Part shown: positions 1-13,912 of the stretch, piece by piece | How the letters are laid out: each line of letters begins with the position of its first letter | Position numbering within the stretch: the first letter of the stretch is position 1 | Origin: Octopus sinensis | Taxonomy: Eukaryota | DNA length: 64,000 bases | Direction of reading: 5' to 3' | NCBI RefSeq assembly: GCF_006345805.1 | Contig: NC_043008.1 | Span: forward strand, 69,626,001-69,690,000 | Made by a program: the position numbers and the translations under genes | The notes under the pieces: model-generated | What the model was told of the DNA's origin: nothing | The model's database searches: none | The model's input: only the letters and a program-made list of their open reading frames with translations

Positions 1-135
1 ATTATCATCGTCATCATCATCATCATTATTATTATTGTTGTTGTTGTTGTTGTTGTGTTACTATTATATAAGAAATGATAATAATAATAATTCTTCCTAA
101 TTTTGGCACAACGTCAGTAATTTTGAGGGTAGCGG

Positions 136-308
136 GAAGTCGATTACATCAATCCCATTGCTCAACTAGTACTTAATTTGGCGACCCCGAAAGGATGAAT
201 AACAAATTTGACATCGGCGTCATTTGAACTCAGGATGTAAAAAACCGAAAAGAAATGCTGCTGCGCTTTTTCTTCGACGCCGCAGCAATTCTTCCAGCCC
301 ACCACCTT
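136..308 (-). mobile_element. SINE family A, diverged
   Basis: Reverse-strand core GACCCCGAAAGGATGAA...ATTTGAACTCAG. Confidence 0.75.
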
Positions 309-378
309 AATAATAATAATGATGATGATGATGATCACAACAACAACAACAGCAGTAATAATAATAATAGTGATAATG

Positions 379-429
<51 letters not shown>

Positions 430-456
430 GTAATAATAAAAATAATAATAATAATG

Positions 457-509
<53 letters not shown>
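309..509. repeat. (AAT)n compound microsatellite
   Basis: Direct reading. Confidence 0.95.
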
Positions 510-510
<1 letters not shown>

Positions 511-960
511 TCCCTGATGCAGTACCAGACAGTGGCTCTCATGGCTTCTGATCTTAACTGATTGGAAGTGTTATCATGTACATTGTTTTGTCTTAGTATA
601 AAAGATGGGCTACAGGAAATATTCTGCTCAATACCACAGATTTGCTTGTCAGTTGTTTGGCCTTAACCAGTTGAGCATGTCCCTTGGTGGCTGACGATAT
701 GTGCATCTCTGATCACGAGCAGAAGTAGTGGGGGAGCATCATAGCCGTGTGTTGAAAGGAATTCTTGGAGGTTTGGATAATTCACCTCTGGAAATATGGG
801 TGGTTCGTTCAACATCCTTAAGCAATCCTTATTCAGATGGGCTACTCGACCAGAAGAAAATTCTAACTGGGCCCCACCTGCTTGATCATGTGCTGTTTAT
901 CTTGATATGTGATCACCATGTCGCGCACATGGTTGTGATGCATGTCCTAGTGTACCCTTA
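510..960. mobile_element. Interspersed repeat abutting (AAT)n, probably a LINE 3' UTR or SINE-like
   Basis: Non-low-complexity block CCCTGATGCAGTACCAG...TGTACCCTTA that I recognise as a frequent octopus repeat. No ORF. Confidence 0.4.
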
Positions 961-965
961 CATAG

Positions 966-1098
966 CTGGTACTTATTTAATCGATTCCGAAAGGATGAAA
1001 GGCAAAGTCGACCTCAGCGAGATTTGAACTAAGAACGTAGAGACAGACGTCTAAGCATTTCGTCTGGCGCACTAATGATTTTGCCAGCTCACCGCCTT
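966..1098 (-). mobile_element. SINE family A
   Basis: GAAAGGATGAAAGGCAAAGTCGACCTC...GCCAGCTCACCGCC. Confidence 0.85.
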
Positions 1099-1206
1099 AA
1101 TAATACTACTAACAATAAGGGTTGTAGATTGGCAGACTCGATAGATCGGCGTGCATTATACTTTGCGGTTTTTTGTTCCGGCTTTTTTGTCTTGTCCTCA
1201 AATCCC

Positions 1207-1540
1207 TCTGAGTTGAGGTTAACTTCGCCTTTTATCTCTCCGAAATTGATAGAAAATAAAGTACCAGTGAAATACTGAGGTCTATGTAATCCTCATCCTC
1301 CTAAAATTACTGGCTTTGCGCCAAAACATGTAATAATTACATAATTCGGTGAGCGGAATCGTTAGCGTACCGGACAAAATGCAGCTTAGCTCTTTACATT
1401 CTGAGTTCAAATAACGCTGAAGTCTACTTTGCCTTTTATTCGTCCGAGGTTGATATCATGAATCCCAGTCAAGAACTAGGGTTGATAGTAGCGACTTACT
1501 TCTTTCCTCCGAAAACTGCTGAACTTGTGCCAATATTTGA
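1207..1540 (+). mobile_element. Two diverged SINE family A copies (1207-1330, 1348-1540)
   Basis: Degenerate B-box, core and AAGTACCAG segments. Confidence 0.6.
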
Positions 1541-1564
1541 ATATGATCATCATTATTATTTTTC

Positions 1565-2117
<553 letters not shown>

Positions 2118-3639
2118 TATCATTATTACTTTTATTTTAGTGGGTATATCTTTATTGGAGTTATTCAAAGTGTGCTACTGGTATTGTGCCAACTCCAGAG
2201 AATTTCATCATTTCTATGAGTATTTGAGTAACTGGCCAAATTATTTGAGTGTTGAACAATAAGTCGAGTCGTATGGTTAGCTGTTTCTAAGCCATTACGG
2301 GAAATGCATCGTGGTCAAGATACCTACTTCCGAAATGTTACACGTCCTACTTACCTAAGCAGCGGCAGCACTGTGATAACAGTGAGTGTCTAATTTTGCT
2401 TATAGGAACTGAATACAAGCCCTCTTTTCGTTGTGACCATAGAAGTGGCAAGGCCTTAATAGCTTTTCCCAAATTTCAAACTGATTAATAATTCATTGAA
2501 GAATATGGCTGAGGGAGATGTACTACGTAATAACTAACCCTCTGAACGAGAGGCTGGTCTACCAAAGACATAAAGGAAGAGTCTTGTTTATTAATTGTGC
2601 CAATGGACTGTCTATGTCTGCATATGTGTAAATATATGTATATACGTGTGTGAGTGTGTGTTTATCTGTGTGCATGTGTGTGCGTATTTATGCGTGTGTT
2701 AGAGTTGAAAATATCACACTGTAAAATCCTCGGAAATAGACCAAAATTAACGTATTTTAAATAGCAAGCTGAACTATGAAAATGATTCCATTAAAAAAGA
2801 AAGATGATTATCTCTCTTTCACTGTTGGTGAATGTAGCCTTGGCCAGGAGTAAATGATGACGTCAGACATTATTTAACGATCATTGGGCAAACTATAAAA
2901 CCTTCTCGTTGTCAGGTCGGCCAATGGTGGCTAAATTACTGCTCATTTACATTTCCTGGCTTTCATCATAGCTCCTTTCTCTTACGCTATTACAAGCAAA
3001 AGGCTTATGTTGTTTCTGTTGCTTCCCATAATTCTTAGTAGAATCGGCGAGACTATTATATCTGATTATCTGATTCCTTGGCAATAAGTGATAGCAAATA
3101 CAGCACTTCGTGGTATATATATAAAAATAAAAAAACAAAAACAAATTGCAGTTTTTGGTTTTAGTGGAAATTTGTTATATTTTCATAGAATCCACATTTC
3201 TATCGAAATACTATCATCTCACAAGGTTTTGAGTTCAACTCCAAAGCGAACGTTACGGTGAGTTGTGTATTTTAACCAAACACTGATTCCAAATTCTGAT
3301 TTCTGTTTTGTCTCAATCAATTTTGCTGTCTAGATCATCTGACAAATAGAGATGTTACCTATACTAACCAAACCGGCGCCATATCAAGTGAAAGTATAGC
3401 GGGAAGGTTTATCTCTTATTTACTAAACGCCATAAAAACACAGGAGGTAAAAATCGACCACATAAAAGGTCTACGGATCTTTACTAGTTGTTTACATTTT
3501 TCTTATATTTCATTGGTTAAATATTGGCTTACACAGCATTCATATCGCTAGTATTATTGTAGCGATTTTCATTCGTTTTCGTTTTCTTAAACATACGTAT
3601 ATACATACATAATACATGCGTACATATGTTCATATGCAT

Positions 3640-3750
3640 ACACACGCATATTAATGTGTGTGCACATATATATATATATATGTGTGTGTGTGTGAATGTA
3701 TGTTTATATGCGTATATATATGTATGTATCTATATCTATATGTATATATA

Positions 3751-3835
<85 letters not shown>

Positions 3836-3854
3836 GTATGTATATGTATATATG

Positions 3855-3922
<68 letters not shown>

Positions 3923-3990
3923 TCTGTTCATATTTGTATATGTATATGTATGTGTGTATGTATTTACGTATGTATCTCTGTGTTTGTGTA
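3640..3990. repeat. (TA)n/(TG)n/(TATG)n compound microsatellite (representative of dozens in the window)
   Basis: Direct reading. Confidence 0.95.
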
Positions 3991-4863
3991 TATATTTTCA
4001 TACCACCGTATAGCAGAGTGTAGAGTTTCGAAACAGATATTAGATTCCATACTGTTTATACAAATATTTCTTAATCCCTGACATACAAAAACCCTTCAAT
4101 CACATTGTTATTTTATACAAAAGAATCAACTTGTCGGCTGCAACGCACAGAGTACATATTGCAGCCGACAACTTGATATAATCTGAATAATTGTACAAAC
4201 TAATACGTTTAGATGGAGTTTGTACAAAACAAAAAAAAACACAATGGAAACATAAGATAAACATCACATAGCATGTAAGATAAATATTTCTGCCACAATG
4301 GAACACTTCTCAATGAAACCAATTCAAGAAATTTTATTTACAGAAAGTCTGTTAGTCTCTTACAATATATATACACATTACATAGTTTCTACAGACTATG
4401 TCCGGTATCTAGCCGTAATGTTGCCGAATTATTGGAATCAATTAATGGAATATTATATTCGCAAACTGTAAACTAATGCTCTTTAAAACTGTTCTCTGCA
4501 GTCGGATGAAGGAAGGAAGGAAGAAGAGAAGGGAGGAAGGAAGAAAATAGCATTCTTAAAATAGGAATAAACACACATACACACACACACACTCACTAAC
4601 ACAAACACACACACATACAGACAAACGTGTTGTACATATATATAACAGTATATATGTAACAGAAGAGAAATACAAAGTGGAGAAAACACGAAATATTTCT
4701 GCATGCTGTGTGACCTTCAGACTGTCAGGAAATTGTACAATAGCTGTGTTGCCTTTAACCAATATCGTAAGCGAAGTAGGCAAGCAACAGTTATATATAC
4801 AATAATCTTTGTGAGTATGTGTATGTGCGTCTGCACACAGACACCCAGACACACAGACACACA

Positions 4864-4912
<49 letters not shown>

Positions 4913-5305
4913 TACACAAAAACATTTGTGTGTGTATGTACATATATATATATATACATATCTAACATGTAAGATATATATGTAAATATATATATATATA
5001 TGTATATATGTATATATATAAATATCTATATATATTTATATAAATATCTCTATCTATCTATCTATATATATATATTTACACACACATATACACATACATA
5101 TATACATAGACATACAGACATATATGAACACACCTGTGTATAAAGAAGGAAAATATTTGATTTTAAAAGCAAAGTCAAATGACATGTGTATGTATGTACG
5201 TATGTATGTATATATAGGCATGCATATATATATATCTATTCCTATTTTAAGAATCCTATACATAGATATGGGCGTAGGCGTATATGTATAAAGTCTATCA
5301 ACATC

Positions 5306-5338
<33 letters not shown>

Positions 5339-6350
5339 ATATGTCTATGTCTAAACTCTTAGTTTACCATTTGAACACTTTAATATTTCCGTTCCGTACG
5401 GAAAAAAAGACATACAACACGCATCCTTTATCGCTTTCTCTGTCACCTGCACCACACTTCCTCTGTCTACATGTGTCTGCGTACATGTGCGCGCGCGCGC
5501 GTGTGTGTGCGTGCGTGTGTGTGTGTTTGTGTGTTACTGTATATGTGCGTTATTCTAACTGAGATTTATGAAATATCGTAATATCTATCCATTCCCTACA
5601 ACTCCCAGTTGCCTTAACCAAGATCAAAAATGTGTCATATCTCTTATTCTATCATTCTCCTCCCACACTCCCACCACCACCACCTCATAAACCTCCTCTT
5701 GTAGTCACAACATTCTTTTTCCTCATCAGTATGTGGACCACGGTTTTAGAAAGTCGTCCGCCATGTTTCTTCTCTCACGACTTAGTTTTCTAGATGACGA
5801 TTAGTCTCAGTAGAAACTAATTTTCGTATTCTTATCATTAACACAGTTAACCCCTTCCAATGACATCACGTGGGGATATAAATCTTTCAATATAAAGCAT
5901 AGATGTATTTGTAGGGAGTATGGATATTTTTATGCAAATTCCAAGTGTCTTAAGACGTATGTCAACTAGAGATGCATGCAAGATCAAAGTAGTAGCTTCA
6001 CCCTAATCGGATAGGCTTATGGCAAAAGACGCTTCTGTCGTTATATTTTCCAAACGGTGTATCTGGTTGCACATTATCTAATATGTTCTACCTTAGTGGT
6101 GTGTTTGTGTGTGTGTGTGAAATGATAAGGGTTTCGCTGATATTTCTCGTAAATCGAGGTTACATGTGATGTACACGATCTCTTGGTGACTTGGTATATA
6201 TCTGGTTTGGATAAAAAAACAAATTCTTGATGCAGTGGTGGCGGCGGTGGTGGTGTTGGCGGTAGCGGTGGTGGTGTTGGCGGTGGCGGTAGCGGTAGTG
6301 GTGGCAAAAGTACATCGGCAGAATAATTGTACAAGTGTTCCTTAATGAAG

Positions 6351-6558
6351 TCTACGCTAGTGAACCCAGTATACTACAGTGAGTTGAATGTACTCTAGAG
6401 AACAAAGTGTACTCCAGTGAATAGTATGTACTCTATGGAACCCTGTAAACTCCAGGGAACCCAGTACATTTCATGGAATTTAGTGTACTCCAGCGAAATG
6501 AATGTACTCTAGGGAACCCATATACTTCAGGGAACCCAGTATGCTTCAGTGAGTCCAT
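6351..6558. repeat. Degenerate 19-bp minisatellite, about 11 units (TGTACTCYAG.GAA.CCAG)
   Basis: Units start at 6351, 6370, 6389, 6408, 6427, 6446, 6465, 6484, 6503. Confidence 0.85.
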
Positions 6559-7807
6559 TCTACATCATTGAATGCAATGGAATACAGTGATTCCACGCAA
6601 ACCGTGAGCAAAAACAGAAATAAAGAATAAAAATAAGCAAGTAGGGTACAAGATTTCTACTAAGAAACAGATACTAAATAGCTAATAACTGATTTTGTCT
6701 TCCCCCCACCTCCACCACTATCACTAGTACAACTAGTAGCACCTCCACCAACACTAGTATCAACATCCCCGCCGCCTCCACTATCACTATCACCACTAAT
6801 GACGAGTTACTTTGACTAATCACTGAAATTAACAGCATCTCCATCACAACCATTTACTAATACCAACATCCGCCCTCGCCTACACCCATCTCCTCCCACC
6901 CCAACTCTTTCCCCCTTTCCCACCCACGCTCTTCCCCCACACCACCCCCACAGGTTTTTCTGACATTCGAACATTTTGTATGATCCTATCATTTACAGCT
7001 CTCACGGAAATTTGCTGTAATGGAGAGATGCATTACTATGGAAGAAATTCAGAAATCGCTGTTATCCGAAATCAACTGACCCAGATGTTCAATGATGTGG
7101 TCACCATTAAAACCAATACATTGACCAACGTGATATCAGAGATATGAGAGGAGGAAAAAGAAGAAAAAAGAGAAAACGAAGAACAGGATCAATGACAAGC
7201 TTCTGTTAGAGACGGACGAACAAAGCAAGATGGCCGGCTGTATTCAGTAACAATGCTTCATTGGTCAAAGTCATTTTCTATAAAAACTGTTCGGTGTACA
7301 GTGTTCAGTTAACAACGTTGAATATCTTAACGGCCACTTTGATCGCTACGATTGGTCTGCTTAATATTTAATGAGCTAGAAGTCAATATTGTCTGACCAG
7401 AGGCATTAAAACTTCATTTAATCGCCCAACAAACATTTGGCCTCGCTTCTCATGCTTCACAAAGTCCATTAGTACACCTATATCGAGCTCTGTTAGAATA
7501 ATTCGTTTTATTTTCAGAAAACAACCGAGGCTTCTGTCGATGCGCTTAACAAAAACCTCTTTCTCATTCACTAGTGTCTTAAATACTTCACATCTTCAAT
7601 GTCCAAAGTTCCTAAGGATTCGAAATAAGGACCTTTAAGATGCAGCGTTAATTGTTAAATGGGATATTGCACAGTTTATTTTCAATACACAGGTAAATAA
7701 TACACACATGCATACATACATGAATAAATACATACATACATACATACATACATACATACATACATACATACGCATACATGTATGTATGTATATTTTCTCG
7801 CCCACTT

Positions 7808-7990
7808 GTTTCAGGTATTGAACTGTGGCCATTTTGAGCCACCGACTTAGTCGAACGATTTAACCCTCAGTGCATTTTTACTTTCTAAGTCTGGTAGTTA
7901 TTCTATCGACCTATTTTGCCGAACCGTTTAGTTACAGACACAGAAGCACAACAACGATTATCAAGCTGTGGTGATGGCACCAACAAACAC
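7808..7990 (-). mobile_element. SINE family B 3' half
   Basis: ACTTGTTTCAG..TTGAACTGTGGCCAT...TTTTGCCGAACCG. Confidence 0.7.
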
Positions 7991-8636
7991 ACACGTATAC
8001 TAACACACGCACACATATATATTGAGAGAGAGTGGGGGAAGAGAGACAGACACACAGACAGATCCGAGTGTAAGGTAAACTTATGATCTTGTTTCTCGCC
8101 GAAACACATTTTTAGCTGCGATGTAAAAGGTTGATATTTCGACTGCTTATTTTCATAACGAAGCAAAAAGTTTTGTGCTTACACAAAATAGAAATTGTTA
8201 GTTTACACTGCAACACATTATTTCTAAAAAAGCGAACGTTTTGGAAATGCAAGACGCAAATCATAAATAAAAGACACGAAACTTTATATTTGTATCAGGC
8301 GTTGAGTACTAAATCTGTACTTCGATTGAACCAAATTTAAAGTTTTGCCAACAGAGGAAGAGCCGGTTTCTACCCTAGATCCAAGGCTCCATCATTTCAA
8401 CATCAACAAGTATGTATATATACATGCATGTATGTATGTATGTATTGTATTGTATGTATGTTTGTATGTATGTATGTATATATATATATAAGCAAGCTTA
8501 CATTTGTTTTTATTAGAAGCGTTCAAATACTAGATTAATTTTATATTTTATGGACCCCGAAAGGATCAAAAGTAAAGTCGGTGTACAGCCGGAAGAAATG
8601 CAGCTGGGGACTTTGTTCGGCGATATATATACATAC

Positions 8637-8679
<43 letters not shown>

Positions 8680-8872
8680 CATACACACACACACACATAT
8701 ATATGTATCTATATGCGTGTTTATATATATATATGCATGTAGTGTATATGTGTATACATATGCATATATCGACACTCACACATCTGTGTGTGTATATATG
8801 TATATATGTATATATATACATGCATGTATGTATGTATGTATTGTATTGTATGTATGTTTGTATGTATGTATG

Positions 8873-8929
<57 letters not shown>

Positions 8930-9556
8930 CACACATACTGACATTCGCACACTACTATTGTGAAAGGTGGGGATGTTTATACATAAACACCAAGAGATAC
9001 TTGCTTATCATCCCATAAATGCTATCGTTATCATCATTAAAGTCGATATCACATAAAAATGATATCGCCATCATCATCAGCAGCAGTAGTAGCAGCAACA
9101 TCATCATAATCCTTATGACCATCTTCGTAAACAAAGTCAATGTTTATAGACGTTATCACATAAATGCCAGCCTTATCACCACACCTGCCAGTCGGTGTGT
9201 GTGCGTGTGTGATTGTGTACGTTTGTGTGTGAGTGTGAGTGTGTGTGTGTGAGTGTGTGTATGTGTGTGTGTGTGTGTGTGTGTGACAATCCTGAAATTG
9301 CTATTAAATTTAGACCGGCGGCAGTCGTGATGGCGGCATCGACTTTGGGACTGGTATTGGTGGTCATGGTAGTTGTGGTGCTGACGGTGAAAGTGATGGT
9401 GGTGGTGGTAGTGGTGGTGGTGATGGTGGTGGGGGTGGGGGTGTTGGAGTTGGTGGTGGGAGTGTATTATGTATTTTCTGTTGTTGTTGTTGTTGGTGGT
9501 ATTGCTATTGTTGTTTAACCCCAGGTCAAACGCAATAAAAAAAAAGGTTTCAGATT

Positions 9557-9686
9557 TCGGCACAAGGCCAGCAATTTTGGTGAAAGAAATGTGTCGATTT
9601 GATCGATGCCAGTGTTCAACTGGTACTTATTTTATCGACCCCGAAAAGATGAAAGGCAAAGTTGACCTCGGCGGAATTTGAACGAT
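9557..9686 (-). mobile_element. SINE family A fragment
   Basis: CTGGTACTTATTTTATCGACCCCGAAAAGATGAAAGGCAAAGTTGACCTCGGCGGAATTTGAAC. Confidence 0.85.
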
Positions 9687-10085
9687 GTGTACAGGCTCAA
9701 CGTATTAATAACATCAACAACAACCACGACGACGACGATGATGATGATTATGATGAAGATTTATTCGTTTCAGAAGCATGAACTGAGAGAAGCATTAGAA
9801 AGACAGTTTACAATTCATTTTTTTTTGGGGGGGGGGGTTACATTAAAAAAAAATGAGATGAAGGAAAAGAAAACAAGAAAAAGTGAGACGAAACTTAAGC
9901 ATAAAATAGAAACTATGAGAACGCTTGACAGATGCAGTTCTTCTGATACACGAGCACAAGTTCTCCAAGGGCAGGGGTCCTCGCTTTGCTCTAAGCACAC
10001 GCATGCAGACATAAGAACAAATCCATTCACCCTAGCATTATTTGCCTTCGTCACACACCTTTAGACTAATAACGCTGTGTAACAA

Positions 10086-10138
<53 letters not shown>

Positions 10139-10146
10139 ATTATTAA

Positions 10147-10186
<40 letters not shown>

Positions 10187-10277
10187 TTATTATTATTATT
10201 ATTATTATTATTAATATTATTATTATATTATTATTATTATTATTATTATTATTGTCTTTGTTATTTCCTATTTGCTT

Positions 10278-10690
10278 CTCTTTTTTACTCTTTTTACTTG
10301 TTTCAGTCATTTGACTGCGGCCATGCTGGAGCACCGCCTTTAATCGAGCAACTCGACCCCGGGACTTATTCTTTGTAAGCCCAGTACTTATTCTATCAGT
10401 CTCTTTTTGCCGAACCGCTAAGTGACGGGGACGTAAACACACTAGCATCGGTTGTCAAGCAATGCTAGGGGGACAAACACAGACACACAAACACACACAC
10501 ATACATATATATATATATACATATATACGACGGGCTTCTTTCAGTTTCCGTCTACCAAATCCACTCACAAGGCTTTGGTCGGCCCGAGGCTATAGTAGAA
10601 GACACTTGCCTAAGGTGCCACGCAGTGGGACTGAACCCGTAACCATGTGGTTGGTAAACAAGCTACTTACCACACAGCCACTCCTACGCT
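10278..10690 (-). mobile_element. SINE family B, full length, young-looking
   Basis: Near-consensus head, body and tail. Confidence 0.9.
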
Positions 10691-10822
10691 TCTATTTAGA
10701 AATCAAAGGAAATAACTAATATTGCCTTCAAACTTTGATTTTGTGACCTGGACATTAATGTTTTGAAACTTACGTATCTTCCATTGCTTTTCAGACAGAT
10801 TCAGCGCTGAGTTTCTAAAGCA

Positions 10823-10899
10823 GAATTTTCTAGAATTTTCTAGAAGTTTCAAGAACTTTCGAGAAGTTTCTAAAATTTTCAAGAATTTCTAGAACGTTC
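10823..10899. promoter_or_regulatory. Heat-shock-element-like array (alternating nGAAn/nTTCn)
   Basis: GAA-nn-TTC-nn with a strict 10-bp period: 13 phased pentamers (one AAA mismatch) plus 3 more after a 1-bp slip. Confidence 0.6.
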
Positions 10900-11139
10900 T
10901 GGCAATATATATTAGCAATACGAATACAGGGACCGTAAGCTCAAACATTTCAGTTTAATTCTAGCTGTCCAAGTGGAGACAATTTCGGGGAAAGCAAAGT
11001 TTGATGGAATAGCTATCTTTTAAATTTTTTCTAAGGGTAGGCAAAGAGAAAATAACAGCAGCTCGAACGCATTGAGAAGGACAAAAATTGTGTTACACAG
11101 TGTAATTGTTCTACTTTATGGTCAAGGACAGCAATTTTA

Positions 11140-11310
11140 AGGGAAAGGGCTTTGCCGATACCATCAACTTCAGTAAGTACTTGATTGGTACTTTATTTTA
11201 TCGACCTCAAAAGGAGGAACAGCAAAGATGAACTAGGTAGGTTTTGAACTCAGAGTAGGTTTTGAACTCAGAGCCAAAATTCAAATATCGCAAAGTATAT
11301 TTAGCAGTTC
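11140..11310 (-). mobile_element. SINE family A, diverged
   Basis: GGTACTTTATTTTATCGACCTC...TTTGAACTCAGA (duplicated). Confidence 0.65.
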
Positions 11311-11589
11311 TCTCAAGCCACAAAGAAAATAAACGTCTAATGTATCACTCAGGTACAAATTTATTTTGTTTTCCTCATAGGCAGGGAAGAGTTGTGAGTG
11401 ATTAATTAATTCGGTCTCGGTATATTACTGACGCTTTGTCCTACCACCTCAGAAACGAACAATCTCACCAGGTAGGATTTATACCAAGAGCTTAGATAGG
11501 TAAATCAAGGCACTAGTTAAATTTACTAAATCAATATAAAATGTTATCTGTCGGTTATTGGGTGTAAAAGAATATTCAATGAAGGGCTA

Positions 11590-12071
11590 TGATATATGAT
11601 ATCGCTGTTTCTAGCTATAGCAAGAATGATATCATACCAATAGAGATTACTATCTATAGCAAGAATGATATAAAGTACTATACATCAACATTCATAGCAA
11701 GTACGATATCACAGAAATATATATGAATACCCATAGCAAGAATATCATTGCAATATATATTGGAATTTATATCACTGCAGTAGATGTTACTATCCCTTGG
11801 TATGAATGATATAACAACAATAATCATAGAGAGGCCGATGGGAAGATGTATACGATAGTGTTTATAGTAAAACTGATAACAAATGATAGTATACGTCATT
11901 ATGCATAAGTAAAAGGAAACTATATACCAAGCGATATGCATGTTTGTATATATATATAATTATATACATGTACACTCATACACAATATATACCCATGTAT
12001 ATAAATGTTTATATATATATATGAGTTTATATACACTATTGTCCACATCAAATCTGATATCAAACATATTA

Positions 12072-12115
<44 letters not shown>

Positions 12116-12780
12116 TTTATGTAAGTATATATGTGTATGTGTATATACATACATACATACATACATACATACACACATTCATACATATGAGTATATACAT
12201 GCACACACACATATTATATATATATATACATGCGCACGCCTTATCTGTAGCAATACTGATATCAAACATAATGTGTGTGTGTGAGTAAGCGCGCGCATTA
12301 TCATCCATAACAAAGCTGATATCAAACAATGAATGTAACACATATCAAATAGCAATGCAGCAAACATTGGTGTTCATAGCAAAAATGCTATCAGTCCATG
12401 AGACATCAGTCTTCCTTAGCAAAGCGATATCAGTAATATCTGTAGTGCTTCCATTAAAGAAACGATATCAACGCAATCAGAACTGGTGCCAAGAGCCAAA
12501 ATATATTATCAGAGCCATCTACATTGATATGCAAACAACAAAGAGATATCAATGCAGCGTTCCTCGTCATACACAAGCAGAGCAGAATCTATTTCTTTGC
12601 ATTCTGCACTGTTATTCATGGAACTAAGCACAAACCAAAAAAATGATATCAGTTGAATCTGAATTGGTAGAAGAACATGGCGAATATGTGTGCCACAATA
12701 TTTTCACAGACTTCTATAGTGATATACGCTATCTTTAGAATCTGCTCTGGTGTCTAAAGTAAAAATGATATCTGTGGCAA
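11590..12780. repeat. Ancient degenerate array of ATAGCAARAATGATATCA-like motifs, interrupted by a microsatellite block (11940-12240)
   Basis: More than 12 recurrences of (A)TAGCAA..(A)TGATATC at irregular 30-45-bp spacing. Confidence 0.6.
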
Positions 12781-12954
12781 TGTGTGTTAATATTGACAGC
12801 AATTAATTAGTAACGCAAAAAAAGGATGATAATAAAAATAAAAATAAATAAATAAAATCTACATTTTGATTGGGCAGAAAAACACTCAACATGATCATTA
12901 GTAACTCTAGTTGATGTTGATATCGTTATGTTGATGTTTTTGTTGTTGTTGTTG

Positions 12955-13022
<68 letters not shown>

Positions 13023-13023
13023 G

Positions 13024-13058
<35 letters not shown>

Positions 13059-13093
13059 GTTATCATTGTTATTATTATTTTATTATTATTATT

Positions 13094-13453
13094 TTCTTTT
13101 ATTCTTTTTCTTTTACATGCTTCAGTCATTTGACTGCGGCCATGCTGGAGCACCACCTTTAGTCGAGCAAATCGACTCCAGGACTTATTCTTTGTAAGCC
13201 TAGTACTTATTTTATCGGTCTCTTTTGCCGAACCGCTAAGTTACGGGGATTTAAACACACCAGCATCTGCTGTCAAGTGATGTTGGGGAGAACAAACAAA
13301 CACACACACACATATATATATATATATACGACGGGGTTCTTTCAGTTTTCGTCTACCAAATCCACTCATAAAGGCTTTGGTCAGCCTGAGGCTATAGTAG
13401 AAGACACTTGCCCAAGGTGGTGGCACCGAGTGGGACTGAACCCAGAACCATGT
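13094..13453 (-). mobile_element. SINE family B, slightly 5'-truncated
   Basis: Same body as 10278-10690. Confidence 0.88.
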
Positions 13454-13494
13454 GCCTATTATTATCGTTATTATTAGGAACACGGAACTTCTGT

Positions 13495-13515
13495 GCCTAT
13501 TATTATTATTATTGT

Positions 13516-13598
<83 letters not shown>

Positions 13599-13637
13599 CT
13601 GTTGATGTTGTTGTTGTTGTTGTTGCTGTTGATGTTG

Positions 13638-13703
<66 letters not shown>

Positions 13704-13763
13704 TAACTTATTAAATGTTTCATATCGTAAAATAGAGTTATTATTATACTAAATATTGCAAGA

Positions 13764-13807
<44 letters not shown>

Positions 13808-13845
13808 ACACACACACAAATAGATAGATAGATAGATAGATAGAT

Positions 13846-13912
<67 letters not shown>
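13495..13912. repeat. (TTG)n/(TTA)n then (CA)n/(GATA)n microsatellites
   Basis: Direct reading. Confidence 0.95.

Noticed and set aside
688-740. CTGACGA as a hammerhead core (also CTGATGA near 18925, 27698, 28798 and 39327)
   Set aside because: No properly placed stem II, GAAA and complementary stem I.
2292-2381. 90-nt AG...GTGAGT candidate exon
   Set aside because: Weak polypyrimidine tract, no recognisable peptide, no partner exons.
6999-7147. Candidate terminal exon (LTEICCNGEMHYYGR...) and nearby YY1/CCAAT motifs at 7227-7356
   Set aside because: No recognisable family and no supporting upstream exons. Needs RNA-seq.
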